Shown here piece by piece: positions 31,807 to 40,744 of a stretch of 64,000 nucleotides of DNA. The stretch is from an uncultured Spirochaetota bacterium. Lineage in GTDB: Bacteria > Spirochaetota > UBA4802 > UBA5550. The stretch lies in NCBI GenBank assembly GCA_963827275.1, contig CAWHAA010000004.1:544001-608000 (forward strand), written 5' to 3'. The translations under genes and the position numbers were made by a program. Position 1 is the stretch's first letter; each line of letters starts with the position of its first letter. The notes under the pieces were generated by a model, which was not told where the DNA came from, ran no database searches, and was given only the letters and a program-made list of their open reading frames with translations.

Positions 31807-34800
31807 ATGTTTTCATTTGATGAGGCGAAGTCGAGAATTTCCGGGCTGGTCGATGATTTTGACAGAAAGATTGATATCATAAAGAAAGGCGGCGCCTACA
31901 AGGAGGCGAATGTCGAGGACGAGTACATCAAGCCGCTGTTCAAATACCTCAACTGGAACATTTCAAATGAGGGGATACGCAATATCGCCGAGAGGGAATT
32001 CATCGTACAGGCCAAGGGCAAAGGCGGGAAGGAGCCCGACTACCTTTTGCAGTTGAACGGAAAGCCATGCTTTTTCATGGAAGCAAAACACCCGAAGTAC
32101 GACCTGTTTAAACAGACGAAATACATCTGGCAGGCATATTCATACGCCTACTCGACCCAGTCGTCAAATGAAAGAAAAAAGGTGGACTTCGCCCTGCTGA
32201 CTGATTTCGAGGAATTCAGGCTTTTCGACTGCACCTTCAAAACAGACCCCCACCTGGTGAATAACTTCGCGGTCCTGGACTGGAAGTATAGGGATTTCAG
32301 CGACAACTTCAAGGACCTGTGGAATATTTTTGAAAGGGAACAGGTAGCCAGGGGGAGCCTGAAAAATCTGTATCTCAACGAAAAGAAGATCAAGCAGAAC
32401 AGGATACCGCCGGACAAGGCGTTCCTGTCGGACCTCGACGACGAGAAAACGGGCTGGCGCATCCTGCTGGCCAAGGACATCAAGAAATTCAACCCTGAAT
32501 TGTCGGCCGATTATATCACCCGGGTCATCCAGCTCATCATCGACCGGATCGTTTTTATCAAGGTCCTGACGGACCGGGAGATCGAGGACGATTTTCTTAC
32601 ACAGGTCATCGCGCAGGTGGACAGGGCGGCGCTCAAGTCCGAGGAGGGCGCGATCAATGAATCGTGCAGGGAAATATTCGCCCGCATGAACAAGACGTAC
32701 AACGGCAGCGTGTTCGAGCCGCGTCCCGAGCTCGACAGCGTCAAAGTCAGCAACAAAACCCTGCACTCGATTCTGAAAGACCTGCTGCCCGAGAATTCGA
32801 GGTACAATTTCAACGTCATACCGGTCGAGATACTGGGGACCATATACGAGCAGTTCCTGGGCAAGGTCGTCACTACCACGGAAAAACGCGCGCATATCGA
32901 GTACAAGCCCGAGGTGCGCAAGGCGGGCGGCGTGTATTACACCCCGCAGTACATCGTCGATTACATCGTGGAAAACACGGTGGGGGAAAAGCTGAAGCCG
33001 TGCAAAACGATCGACGACCTGCTCTCGCTGAAAATTTGCGACCCCGCGTGCGGCTCGGGCTCGTTCCTGCTCGGCGCGTATGACCAGCTTATCCGCTGGT
33101 CCGTCGATTTCTATTCCGTAAAGTATTCAACGGGCAGCCCGGTCTCAAAGAAGGACATGGAGCACGTGTACCGGGACTCCGACGGCCTCGTGCGCCTGAG
33201 CGGCAAGCTGAAACGCGAAATCCTGAAAAGCTGCATATACGGCGTGGACATCGACGAGCAGGCGGCGGAGGTGACCCGCATGAGCCTGTCGCTCAAGGCC
33301 CTTGAGGACACCCGGCACGACGAGCTGTACAGCGAGGTGAACCTCTTCCATGAGACGGTCCTGCCGGATCTGAAGGGCAACGTGAAGTGCGGGAATTCGC
33401 TGATAGGTACGGACTATTTCGACGGAAGGCTGGATTTTAGCACTGACGAGATAAAAGATGTTAAACCATTCGATTGGGAAAAGCACTTTAATGAGATATT
33501 TAAAAATGGCGGTTTTGACTGTGTTATAGGTAATCCGCCTTATGTAAGACAAGAAGTAATATCTGAATTTAAAAAATATTTTGAAAATCATTATAAAGCT
33601 TACCACAGCATTGCAGATTTATATGTGTATTTTATTGAGAAAGCACACAGGTTGTTAAAACAGCGGGGATTTTTCGGTTATATAGTATCAAATAAATGGA
33701 TCAGATCAAACTATGGTAAACCATTAAGAGATTTCATCAGGTTGTCAGTTAAAATTGTTGAAATTATTGATTTTGGAGAGCTTCCTGTATTTGAAAATGC
33801 GGCAACCTTTCCTATGATTATAATAACAGAAAATATTACTGTGGAAGAACAACATTTTGATTATGCTCCTATTAAGACTCTTGAGTTCGATTCCTTAAAT
33901 GATGAAAAAAAAGGTAGCTCATATAAAATTGATCCAAGTTCTATGAATGGAGATAACTGGACACTTGCTAAACATGAGGAAATTGCATTTTTTGAAAAAA
34001 TGAGACTTAATGGAATTCCCCTTGGAGAATATGTAAATAATAAAATTTTTTATGGAATTAAAACAGGATATAATGAAGCTTTTGTAATTGATAGAGAAAT
34101 TCGAGATCGTTTGATTTCTGAAGACTCAAAAAATATTGAATTAATTAAACCTTTTGCTTTAGGGGATGATATAAGAAAGTATAAGATTCGTCAAAAAGAA
34201 AGATATTTAATATGCATTCCCAGTGGTTGGACAGATATTAAATCTGGTGGAGTAAAAAATAAATTTGAATGGTTTTCAAAAAATTATCCAGCAATTTCAG
34301 ACCATTTAAAAGAATTTGAAGAAAAAGCAAAAAATCGATATGATCAAGGTCAGTATTGGTGGGAGCTCCGTGCTTGTGACTATTACAATGAATTTGAAAA
34401 ACCAAAAATTGTTTACCCTGATATTGCTAAAGCGAGTCGTTTTTCATTTGATAATAAAGGAATGTATTTTACCAATACTGTTTATTTTATACCGATCGAT
34501 GACTTGTTTCTCCTTGGTGTTTTAAATTCAAAGCCGGTTTTTAGTTATTTTAAAAGAATTGCTGCGGTATTAGGAGATGCCGACAGGGGCGGTAGACTTA
34601 GATTTTTTACTCAAGATGTTGTTAAAATTCCAGTTCCCAAGAATAGAGATGAGAATATTGTTGAGTTAGTTAAACAAACACTGACAGTATATGATAAGCT
34701 AAATAATACTAATAATGAACAGGATAAGATAGCTTTAAAACAACATGCTGAAATGTTAGACAGAAAAATCGACGACCTTGTTTACAAACTCTACGACCTC

Positions 34801-34836
34801 ACCGACAAAGAGATAGAGATCGTCGAGGGAGCGTAA
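31807..34836 (+). CDS. Type IIG restriction-modification enzyme (fused endonuclease, N6-adenine methyltransferase and TaqI-like specificity domain)
   Basis: EPDY..FMEAK (PD-ExK), GVYYTP, CDPACGSGSFL, GNPPYVRQE, FEKPKIVYP, LLGVLNS. Confidence 0.9.
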   Translation: MFSFDEAKSRISGLVDDFDRKIDIIKKGGAYKEANVEDEYIKPLFKYLNWNISNEGIRNIAEREFIVQAKGKGGKEPDYLLQLNGKPCFFMEAKHPKYDLFKQTKYIWQAYSYAYSTQSSNERKKVDFALLTDFEEFRLFDCTFKTDPHLVNNFAVLDWKYRDFSDNFKDLWNIFEREQVARGSLKNLYLNEKKIKQNRIPPDKAFLSDLDDEKTGWRILLAKDIKKFNPELSADYITRVIQLIIDRIVFIKVLTDREIEDDFLTQVIAQVDRAALKSEEGAINESCREIFARMNKTYNGSVFEPRPELDSVKVSNKTLHSILKDLLPENSRYNFNVIPVEILGTIYEQFLGKVVTTTEKRAHIEYKPEVRKAGGVYYTPQYIVDYIVENTVGEKLKPCKTIDDLLSLKICDPACGSGSFLLGAYDQLIRWSVDFYSVKYSTGSPVSKKDMEHVYRDSDGLVRLSGKLKREILKSCIYGVDIDEQAAEVTRMSLSLKALEDTRHDELYSEVNLFHETVLPDLKGNVKCGNSLIGTDYFDGRLDFSTDEIKDVKPFDWEKHFNEIFKNGGFDCVIGNPPYVRQEVISEFKKYFENHYKAYHSIADLYVYFIEKAHRLLKQRGFFGYIVSNKWIRSNYGKPLRDFIRLSVKIVEIIDFGELPVFENAATFPMIIITENITVEEQHFDYAPIKTLEFDSLNDEKKGSSYKIDPSSMNGDNWTLAKHEEIAFFEKMRLNGIPLGEYVNNKIFYGIKTGYNEAFVIDREIRDRLISEDSKNIELIKPFALGDDIRKYKIRQKERYLICIPSGWTDIKSGGVKNKFEWFSKNYPAISDHLKEFEEKAKNRYDQGQYWWELRACDYYNEFEKPKIVYPDIAKASRFSFDNKGMYFTNTVYFIPIDDLFLLGVLNSKPVFSYFKRIAAVLGDADRGGRLRFFTQDVVKIPVPKNRDENIVELVKQTLTVYDKLNNTNNEQDKIALKQHAEMLDRKIDDLVYKLYDLTDKEIEIVEGA

Positions 34837-34843
34837 ACAGCCG

Positions 34844-34875
34844 CCCCCCCCGTCCCCCGTAGGGGGCGTGTGATA
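34844..34875 (+). repeat. 32-bp REP-like palindromic repeat, copy 2
   Basis: Identical to 30168-30199; begins 8 bp after the R-M stop codon. Confidence 0.85.
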
Positions 34876-35059
34876 GCAGGCTGAGACCTGAAGGAGTTTT
34901 CTACAGGTAAAGCCGCCGCGCACGACGCGCGGCCCTGCGACAGGCTCAGGGTAAACGTCGCTTCGGTCAGCGCGCAGCGCTTCCGAAGCGAAAGGAAAAA
35001 AATCCCTTTATTACCGCTCATAGATAAAGTTTAATATTAAGCCAACCAGCGCTCAAAAC

Positions 35060-35103
35060 GCCAAAAAGAAGGCGGGGTCATGTGACCCCGCCTTCTTTTT
35101 GGC
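35060..35103. terminator. Perfect 21-bp inverted repeat; probable bidirectional terminator
   Basis: GCCAAAAAGAAGGCGGGGTCA-TG-TGACCCCGCCTTCTTTTTGGC between the convergent R-M and purF genes. Confidence 0.7.
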
Positions 35104-35219
35104 AAACCAATCGGGCGTCTGTCTGAGGCGAGTCCCGCGAAGCGGGCGAGCCGAGTTACGCCCGAAGCTTCCATCGGCGATTGCTAATTCGACACGAAGT
35201 GTCGAATTTTCTTCTTTCG

Positions 35220-35341
35220 GCGGCCCGGAGAGGGGAGCGCGAAGGGGAGAGGCCGGGAAGGCCTTTCCCCTCGCATGAATTATTCAGCCCCGTCCCAGCA
35301 ATAGGTGCAGATCTTTTCTTTCGGAAGCCCGATGGCCTGGA
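35220..35341 (-). repeat. 122-bp direct repeat, copy overlapping the full-length purF 3' end
   Basis: Matches 30362-30483 with one synonymous difference (GAA/GAG). Confidence 0.95.
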
Positions 35342-36681
35342 CAAGGTCGTCTAGCTTCTGGTACTGGAGGGTGGTCAGGCCCAGGCGCGCGCGGATCCGC
35401 TCGATCATGTCGCAATACTTGTCCCCGCACCCGGCGGCATACTCGGTAAGGTTCGCGTCTTCTTTCCCTTCCATCTCCTTGATGGCCTTGCACGCCGCAA
35501 GATCAAGCGAGGACCTGGACCGGGAAAAATTCAGGAACTTGCACCCGTACACGAGGGGCGGGCAGGCGGGGCGCATGTGCACTTCCTTCGCCCCGTAATC
35601 GTAGATCCTCTGGATAGTGTCCCGCAGCTGTGTGCCGCGGACGATGGAGTCATCGCAGAAGAGGATCCGTTTCCCCTGTATCATTTCCCTTACCGGGATC
35701 AGCTTCATGCGCGCAACCAGGTCCCGGATGGACTGGTCCTGCGGCATGAAGCTCCTGGGCCAGGTGGGCGTGTATTTCACGAACGGACGCTGGTACGGCA
35801 GCTTTCGACTCGTTGGCGTATCCGATGGCATGGGCCACGCCTGAATCGGGAATGCCCGCCACCACGTCGATCTCGGTTGAATCATTCCGCGCGAGCGCCG
35901 CCCCGCACCTGTTGCGCACCGCCTCGACGTTGATGCTCTCGTAGCTTGAGGGCGGATACCCGTAATAGACCCAGAGGAACGCGCAGATCTGCATCCGGTC
36001 TCCGGGCTTCTTCAGCGTCTCGATGCCGTCTTCGGTCATGCGGACGATTTCCCCGGGCCCCAGGTACGTTTCGATCTCATAGCCCAGGTTGGGGAACGAG
36101 CATGTTTCAAAGGCCGCGGCGAAGGCCCCCGGCTTTTTGCCTATTACGATGGGAGTCCGTCCCAGGCGGTCGCGGGCCGCGTAGATCCCGTCAGCCGTTA
36201 GCAGCAGAAGAGAACAGGAACCTTCGATGGATTCCTGGGCGCGGGTGATCCCGTCGACGAAATTAGCTTCCTGGTTGATAAGGGTGGCCACCAGCTCCGT
36301 CGGATTGATCTCTCCCCCGCTCATCTCGGAGAAATGAGTAGTGCGTTTCCCGTAAGCGGCTTTTACCAGGGCATCAAAGTTTTTAATGACGCCGACGGTG
36401 ACAATGGAATAAGCGCCGAGATGTGAATTGATGATAAGCGGCTGGTCCTCAAAGTCGCTTATGACACCGATCCCTTTCCGGCCCTTGAACTTCGGCAGGT
36501 CGTCGTCGAATTTTGAGCGGAACGGCGCGTTGGAAATATCATGGATGCTGCGCTTGAAGCCATTTTCACCAAGGACCGCCATGCCTCCCCGCTTGGTGCC
36601 CAGATGGGAATGATAATCGGTCCCGAAATAAAGGTCGTTCAAGCAGTCATCTTTGGAAACTACACCGAAAAAACCGCCCAT
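35280..36681 (-). CDS. purF: Amidophosphoribosyltransferase homologue; apparent +1 frameshift near 35804
   Basis: ARDRLGRTP, ICAFLWVYY, GIPDSG, DDSIVRGT, RPACPP, CTYCWDG; an extra A in TCG-AAAG-CTG splits the ORF. Confidence 0.88.
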
Positions 36682-36865
36682 ATTGTACACTCCGATGCTG
36701 ATTTAAAATCCATAGGACAGTGGGCCTCATCATTTCGTGCACGGGTGGAAGGTGATCAAATTGATGGAAATGTGCAAAAATATGCCCGCCACTGGTTTAT
36801 TTATAAAAACTGGCGGCTTTAGATCAAGTAATTATTATAAAAATATTAATATTGGTAAATTCTTC

Positions 36866-36932
36866 CTGTCCGGTGGTTGCTCTGACCCCTGGGATCACCG
36901 ATAACTATCGGTCTGGTGGTTGCTCTGACCCC
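36866..36932 (+). repeat. Motif cluster 1: tandem units of ACCGATAACTATC-N10-TTGCTCTGACCCC, 43-bp period
   Basis: GTC[C/T]GGTGGTTGCTCTGACCCC twice; ACCGATAACTATCGGT at 36897. Confidence 0.85.
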
Positions 36933-36951
36933 CAATAACACCCAAATATAA

Positions 36952-36986
36952 AGCGCCCCGCAGTTCGAGGAACGTGCGGGGCGTTT
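36952..36986 (-). terminator. Probable intrinsic terminator of the 37019..37843 gene
   Basis: AGCGCCCCGCA...TGCGGGGCGTT stem. Confidence 0.55.
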
Positions 36987-37018
36987 CCAGTATCGTGTCC
37001 GGGGAGCGTTCGGATGCT

Positions 37019-37843
37019 CTATTCTTCTTCGTCCTCTGATGTATCTTTGGCCTCGGTTGTTTCCTCGATATTACCTGTCTGTTTCAGGTCCAGGCCCTTT
37101 TCTTTTTTTATCCTGTCCCTGCAGGTGCTGCACAGCTGGGTTATGTTCTTCAGCTCCCGTGCCTGTGCAACGGAACCGTTGAAAATTTCATCCGTCCTGT
37201 CCGTATTGATGCGGTAGCAATCCGAATAGAGATGGTACCGCGTCCCGGCTTTCGTCCAGTACACGCTGTTTTTGCCGCTCAGCGTCTCCACTTCCGATGT
37301 CTGCTCCGCGTATTGCTCCTGGGACGGCGGATTAAAATCGATGCCCGTGATGCCCGCAACCAGCAAGGCGACAATGGCAACCGCGCCGATAATGCCTTTT
37401 TGCTTTCCGTTCATATTCTTGTTGGTGAAGATAAGAATAACGAGCGGCAGGAAGGCAATGACGGCTATGATCACGCCCAGCTGGTTCTGGATGAAAAATT
37501 TAATTTTTTCCTTTTCAGAGGCGGGGTCAAACCTGTTCGCCTTTTTCCAGAGCAGTGACCCGATGACCGCAAAAATCAGATCGGCCACAATCAGGACGAT
37601 GAGCCACGTATTGCCGGCGCTCCACGTGTCGCCGAATTGCGCTTTCTGAAGCAGTATAATGGCGCCTATTTCAAAACCGATAGCGGCGACCCAGGAGAGT
37701 ATGGCAAATATGCGAAATTTCTTTGCCGCTGACTTGCTTTCATCGCTCGCCACGAAGGATTTTGTTCCTCTTCCTCCGTCTTCGGATGATGATCCTCCGC
37801 CTGTTACTCTGGTAACTTTTTTTGATGTACCCTTGTCTGGCAT
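37019..37843 (-). CDS. Hypothetical membrane protein with four TM helices and a Cys/His-containing C-terminal domain
   Basis: Hydrophobic segments; VYWTKAGTRYHLYSDC...LCSTC. Confidence 0.75.
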   Translation of the reverse strand: MPDKGTSKKVTRVTGGGSSSEDGGRGTKSFVASDESKSAAKKFRIFAILSWVAAIGFEIGAIILLQKAQFGDTWSAGNTWLIVLIVADLIFAVIGSLLWKKANRFDPASEKEKIKFFIQNQLGVIIAVIAFLPLVILIFTNKNMNGKQKGIIGAVAIVALLVAGITGIDFNPPSQEQYAEQTSEVETLSGKNSVYWTKAGTRYHLYSDCYRINTDRTDEIFNGSVAQARELKNITQLCSTCRDRIKKEKGLDLKQTGNIEETTEAKDTSEDEEE

Positions 37844-37945
37844 TTCATTACCCCTTGTTTATATGATAGTTTCAAAATACAGAAATCATCGGAAATATCA
37901 AGAATTTTTCTTGGTCAGCCGGCCGGCATCCGGTCCGGCGTGGCG

Positions 37946-39340
37946 CTACCGTGGTTCCATGCATTCATTGAAGAGCCGCACCAGGTCCTCCCTCGACATC
38001 TCGTCCGTCTCGTTGTAGAATGCCGAAGAGCGCTGCATCATCCACTCCTTCTCGGGCGCGTTCACGTTGTAGTACACCGATGGGAAAAACTTCACGCCGA
38101 GGCCGCGCAGGAACGCGATGGTGCCCCGCGCCTCTTCCACTGACTGTCCCGGAAGGCCGAGGATGAAGTAGGCGCGCACGTTCATGTCCAGGCGCCGGGC
38201 GGTGCGCGCGATACGGGCGAACTGTTCCGAGCTGAACGGCCTGCCGTGCGCCTCCTGGAGGTCCGCCGAGCGGGTCATGAGCGAGATATTGATCTCCCTG
38301 AAGCCGGCCCGGCGCATGAGCGCGACGATGCCGTCATCCATATGCTCGAGCGATATCCCGTTCATGGCGGCAAGGTCAAGACGCGCGCACGAGGATTCCT
38401 GGAAAGCGATGAGACCTTCGAGGAGCGCGGCGGCATGCTCCGGGGACGCGAACAGGTTGTCGTCTTCGAAATTGACCATGTCCGCGCCGTAGCGCTCCGT
38501 GCATTCGGCAATTTCGTCGAGGACGGCGCCGACGCCCCGCGTGAGGTAGCGGTCCCCCCATATCGTGCGGACGGCGCAGAAGGAGCAGCGGTTGGGACAG
38601 CCGCGCGACGTGATCATTGAGACGGCCTTTCTCCGGTAAGCGGCGAAGTCGCGGTCACGGAGGAGGTCGCGGGCGGGAAAGGGGAGGGAGTCGATGTCTT
38701 CCCCGACGCTCTGCTCCGTCATGAGAGTGCTCCCGCCGGAGCGGTACGCGATGCCGGGGACCACCGCCGGGTCGTTCCCTTCAGAGAGACAGGCGAGCAG
38801 CGCCACCGAGGTCTCCTCGCCCGCACCCCGCACAACGAAGTCCGCGCCCCCTTCTCCAAGAAGGCGCTCCGCGTACAGCGCTGCGTGGTGACCGCCGGTG
38901 ACGATCGGTGCTCCCGGCCTGGTCCGTTGCGCCATGGCGATGATTGAATCGCTCACGTCATGGTAGGGGGTGAATTGCGAGGGTATGAAGAAGACGTCCG
39001 CGGCCGCGCGCGCCATCCTCTGTCCGATCTCCTCGAGGCTCAAACCGAAATGCGAATAGCTTTTAAAAGGAAAGGCGAGAGAGGGGCCCGGATCCTCCAT
39101 GAATTTTTTCAAGTATGAAAAGCTGGCCGGCAGGGGAAGCGGCCGCCGTTTCGTGGAATGCCCGTTGATAAAAATGACGTCATGGCCCGCGTTCCGGACA
39201 GCTGCCATGATGTAGAGGAGCCCCAGGGGCTGGCGTCGTATCGATGTTGAGTAAAAATCCTGGATGGGCGGGTTGATGAAACATGCCCTGAGAGCGCGGC
39301 TGCTTTTATTTGGCCAATTATTATATAACTGATTATTCAA
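37946..39340 (-). CDS. B12-binding domain radical SAM protein
   Basis: PLGLLYI, GGHHA, TSRGCPNRCSFC (CxxxCxxC), FEDDN. Confidence 0.88.
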   Translation of the reverse strand: MNNQLYNNWPNKSSRALRACFINPPIQDFYSTSIRRQPLGLLYIMAAVRNAGHDVIFINGHSTKRRPLPLPASFSYLKKFMEDPGPSLAFPFKSYSHFGLSLEEIGQRMARAAADVFFIPSQFTPYHDVSDSIIAMAQRTRPGAPIVTGGHHAALYAERLLGEGGADFVVRGAGEETSVALLACLSEGNDPAVVPGIAYRSGGSTLMTEQSVGEDIDSLPFPARDLLRDRDFAAYRRKAVSMITSRGCPNRCSFCAVRTIWGDRYLTRGVGAVLDEIAECTERYGADMVNFEDDNLFASPEHAAALLEGLIAFQESSCARLDLAAMNGISLEHMDDGIVALMRRAGFREINISLMTRSADLQEAHGRPFSSEQFARIARTARRLDMNVRAYFILGLPGQSVEEARGTIAFLRGLGVKFFPSVYYNVNAPEKEWMMQRSSAFYNETDEMSREDLVRLFNECMEPR

Positions 39341-39612
39341 TGTGAATTTACATTCTGCCGGGAAAATCGGGCCATGATGGTTATGGATAATATAGGAATG
39401 TTCACGATAAAATTGTCAAGAATAATGACATGGTCCGTACATTCCATGGCGTGGACGTTTTCTGATAATCAGGAATCGTGCGAGACATCAGGGGTTTCCC
39501 GCTGTTATACTAAAAATCAGTCCAGCCGGAATGGAAATAATCTTGACGTAATACCCGGGACATGATTCCAGATATATGCAGGCTCAGGGAATATCCAGGG
39601 AGGCCCGGATTG

Positions 39613-40614
39613 ATGGATAAAAAAAAGATGGTGGCAGCGGCAGGGATTGCGGTGCTGGTAATCCTTGTAGTCGTGCTTGCCGTGAGAAAAAAAGGCGATG
39701 ATCATTATATAATCGATAAGAGTTATAATATCAAGCTGAAGGACATTGAAGCGTATTACAAAAATTTTGATTTTAACCGGGAGTCGATAAAGGAATGCTT
39801 CTCGAACGGGGTCATTAACCAGTATACATTGAAATTTTTCCTGACGCTTGACAAGCGTTTCAAGGACTCGAAGGACATGGACGACCAGATGGAAAAAGCC
39901 CGCCAGTATCTTTACTCCGTCATGTCCGCCGATGAGGCCGATAAACTCCTCGAGGTGTATTCGACGTACCTGAAATACCAGAAAGGCCTGCACGAAAAGT
40001 CGAAAGAATGGGGAATGCCGATGAACGCGGAAGATTCCATCACGCTGCTTCATAACCTGCAGGAATACCGCCGCGAAGTGTTCGGGAATGAGAACGCCGA
40101 TATCCTGTTCGGTGCCAGCCTGAAGGCGCAGGAGTATCCGATCAGGCGCGGCGTGATCGTGGCTGACGGGAGCCTGTACGGAGCGCAGAAGGAGGAGCGG
40201 CTGAAGGACCTCAATCGCGACATGTGGGGCAGCGAGGCGAATGACGTGGAAGCCTATGCCAAGCCCTACATCCGCTACCAGGAAAAGCTCCAGATCTACC
40301 GCCGGGACCTGTCCGAGATGAACGCTGAGGAGAAGCAGGCGAAAATCAGGACGTTCCGCGAGGAATTGTTCTCCCCTGACCAGGTGCAGCGGCTGGATGA
40401 CGTTGACCGGTCCATCAGCGAAGAAAAGCAGAAAGAGGAAAACTACCGCGTTCTTGAGAGCAGGATCATGTATGATCCCGACCTTGACCAGGAGGAGAAG
40501 GAACAGAAAATTCGGGAGCTTCAGGACCGGATCTTCGGTGAAGACGCCGAGGCGTACCGCAGGCGGCAGGCCGTGGAGAAGAGCATTGATATAACACAGT
40601 TCAAGAGGAAATAA
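39613..40614 (+). CDS. Lipase secretion chaperone (foldase, Lif-like)
   Basis: N-terminal anchor; helical charged protein with RREVFG.ENADILFG and REELFSPDQVQRL; close to a lipase gene. Confidence 0.7.
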   Translation: MDKKKMVAAAGIAVLVILVVVLAVRKKGDDHYIIDKSYNIKLKDIEAYYKNFDFNRESIKECFSNGVINQYTLKFFLTLDKRFKDSKDMDDQMEKARQYLYSVMSADEADKLLEVYSTYLKYQKGLHEKSKEWGMPMNAEDSITLLHNLQEYRREVFGNENADILFGASLKAQEYPIRRGVIVADGSLYGAQKEERLKDLNRDMWGSEANDVEAYAKPYIRYQEKLQIYRRDLSEMNAEEKQAKIRTFREELFSPDQVQRLDDVDRSISEEKQKEENYRVLESRIMYDPDLDQEEKEQKIRELQDRIFGEDAEAYRRRQAVEKSIDITQFKRK

Positions 40615-40744
40615 CAGTATCGGGAAGGGAGACCCCATACCCTGGAGATGCACGGCATGCGCTGCGGCACGCGCCGCGTTGACCGGGCCGGGCGGCGTCC
40701 CTCGCAATCATTCAAATGGTATGAGTGGAAAGGAACCTGCAAGA

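Larger units (their letters stand above)
30362..35341. mobile_element. Putative ~4.9-kb genomic islet at the purF 3' end carrying Fic and Type IIG R-M genes
   Basis: Bounded by 122-bp direct repeats; partly AT-rich cargo; no integrase visible. Confidence 0.65.
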
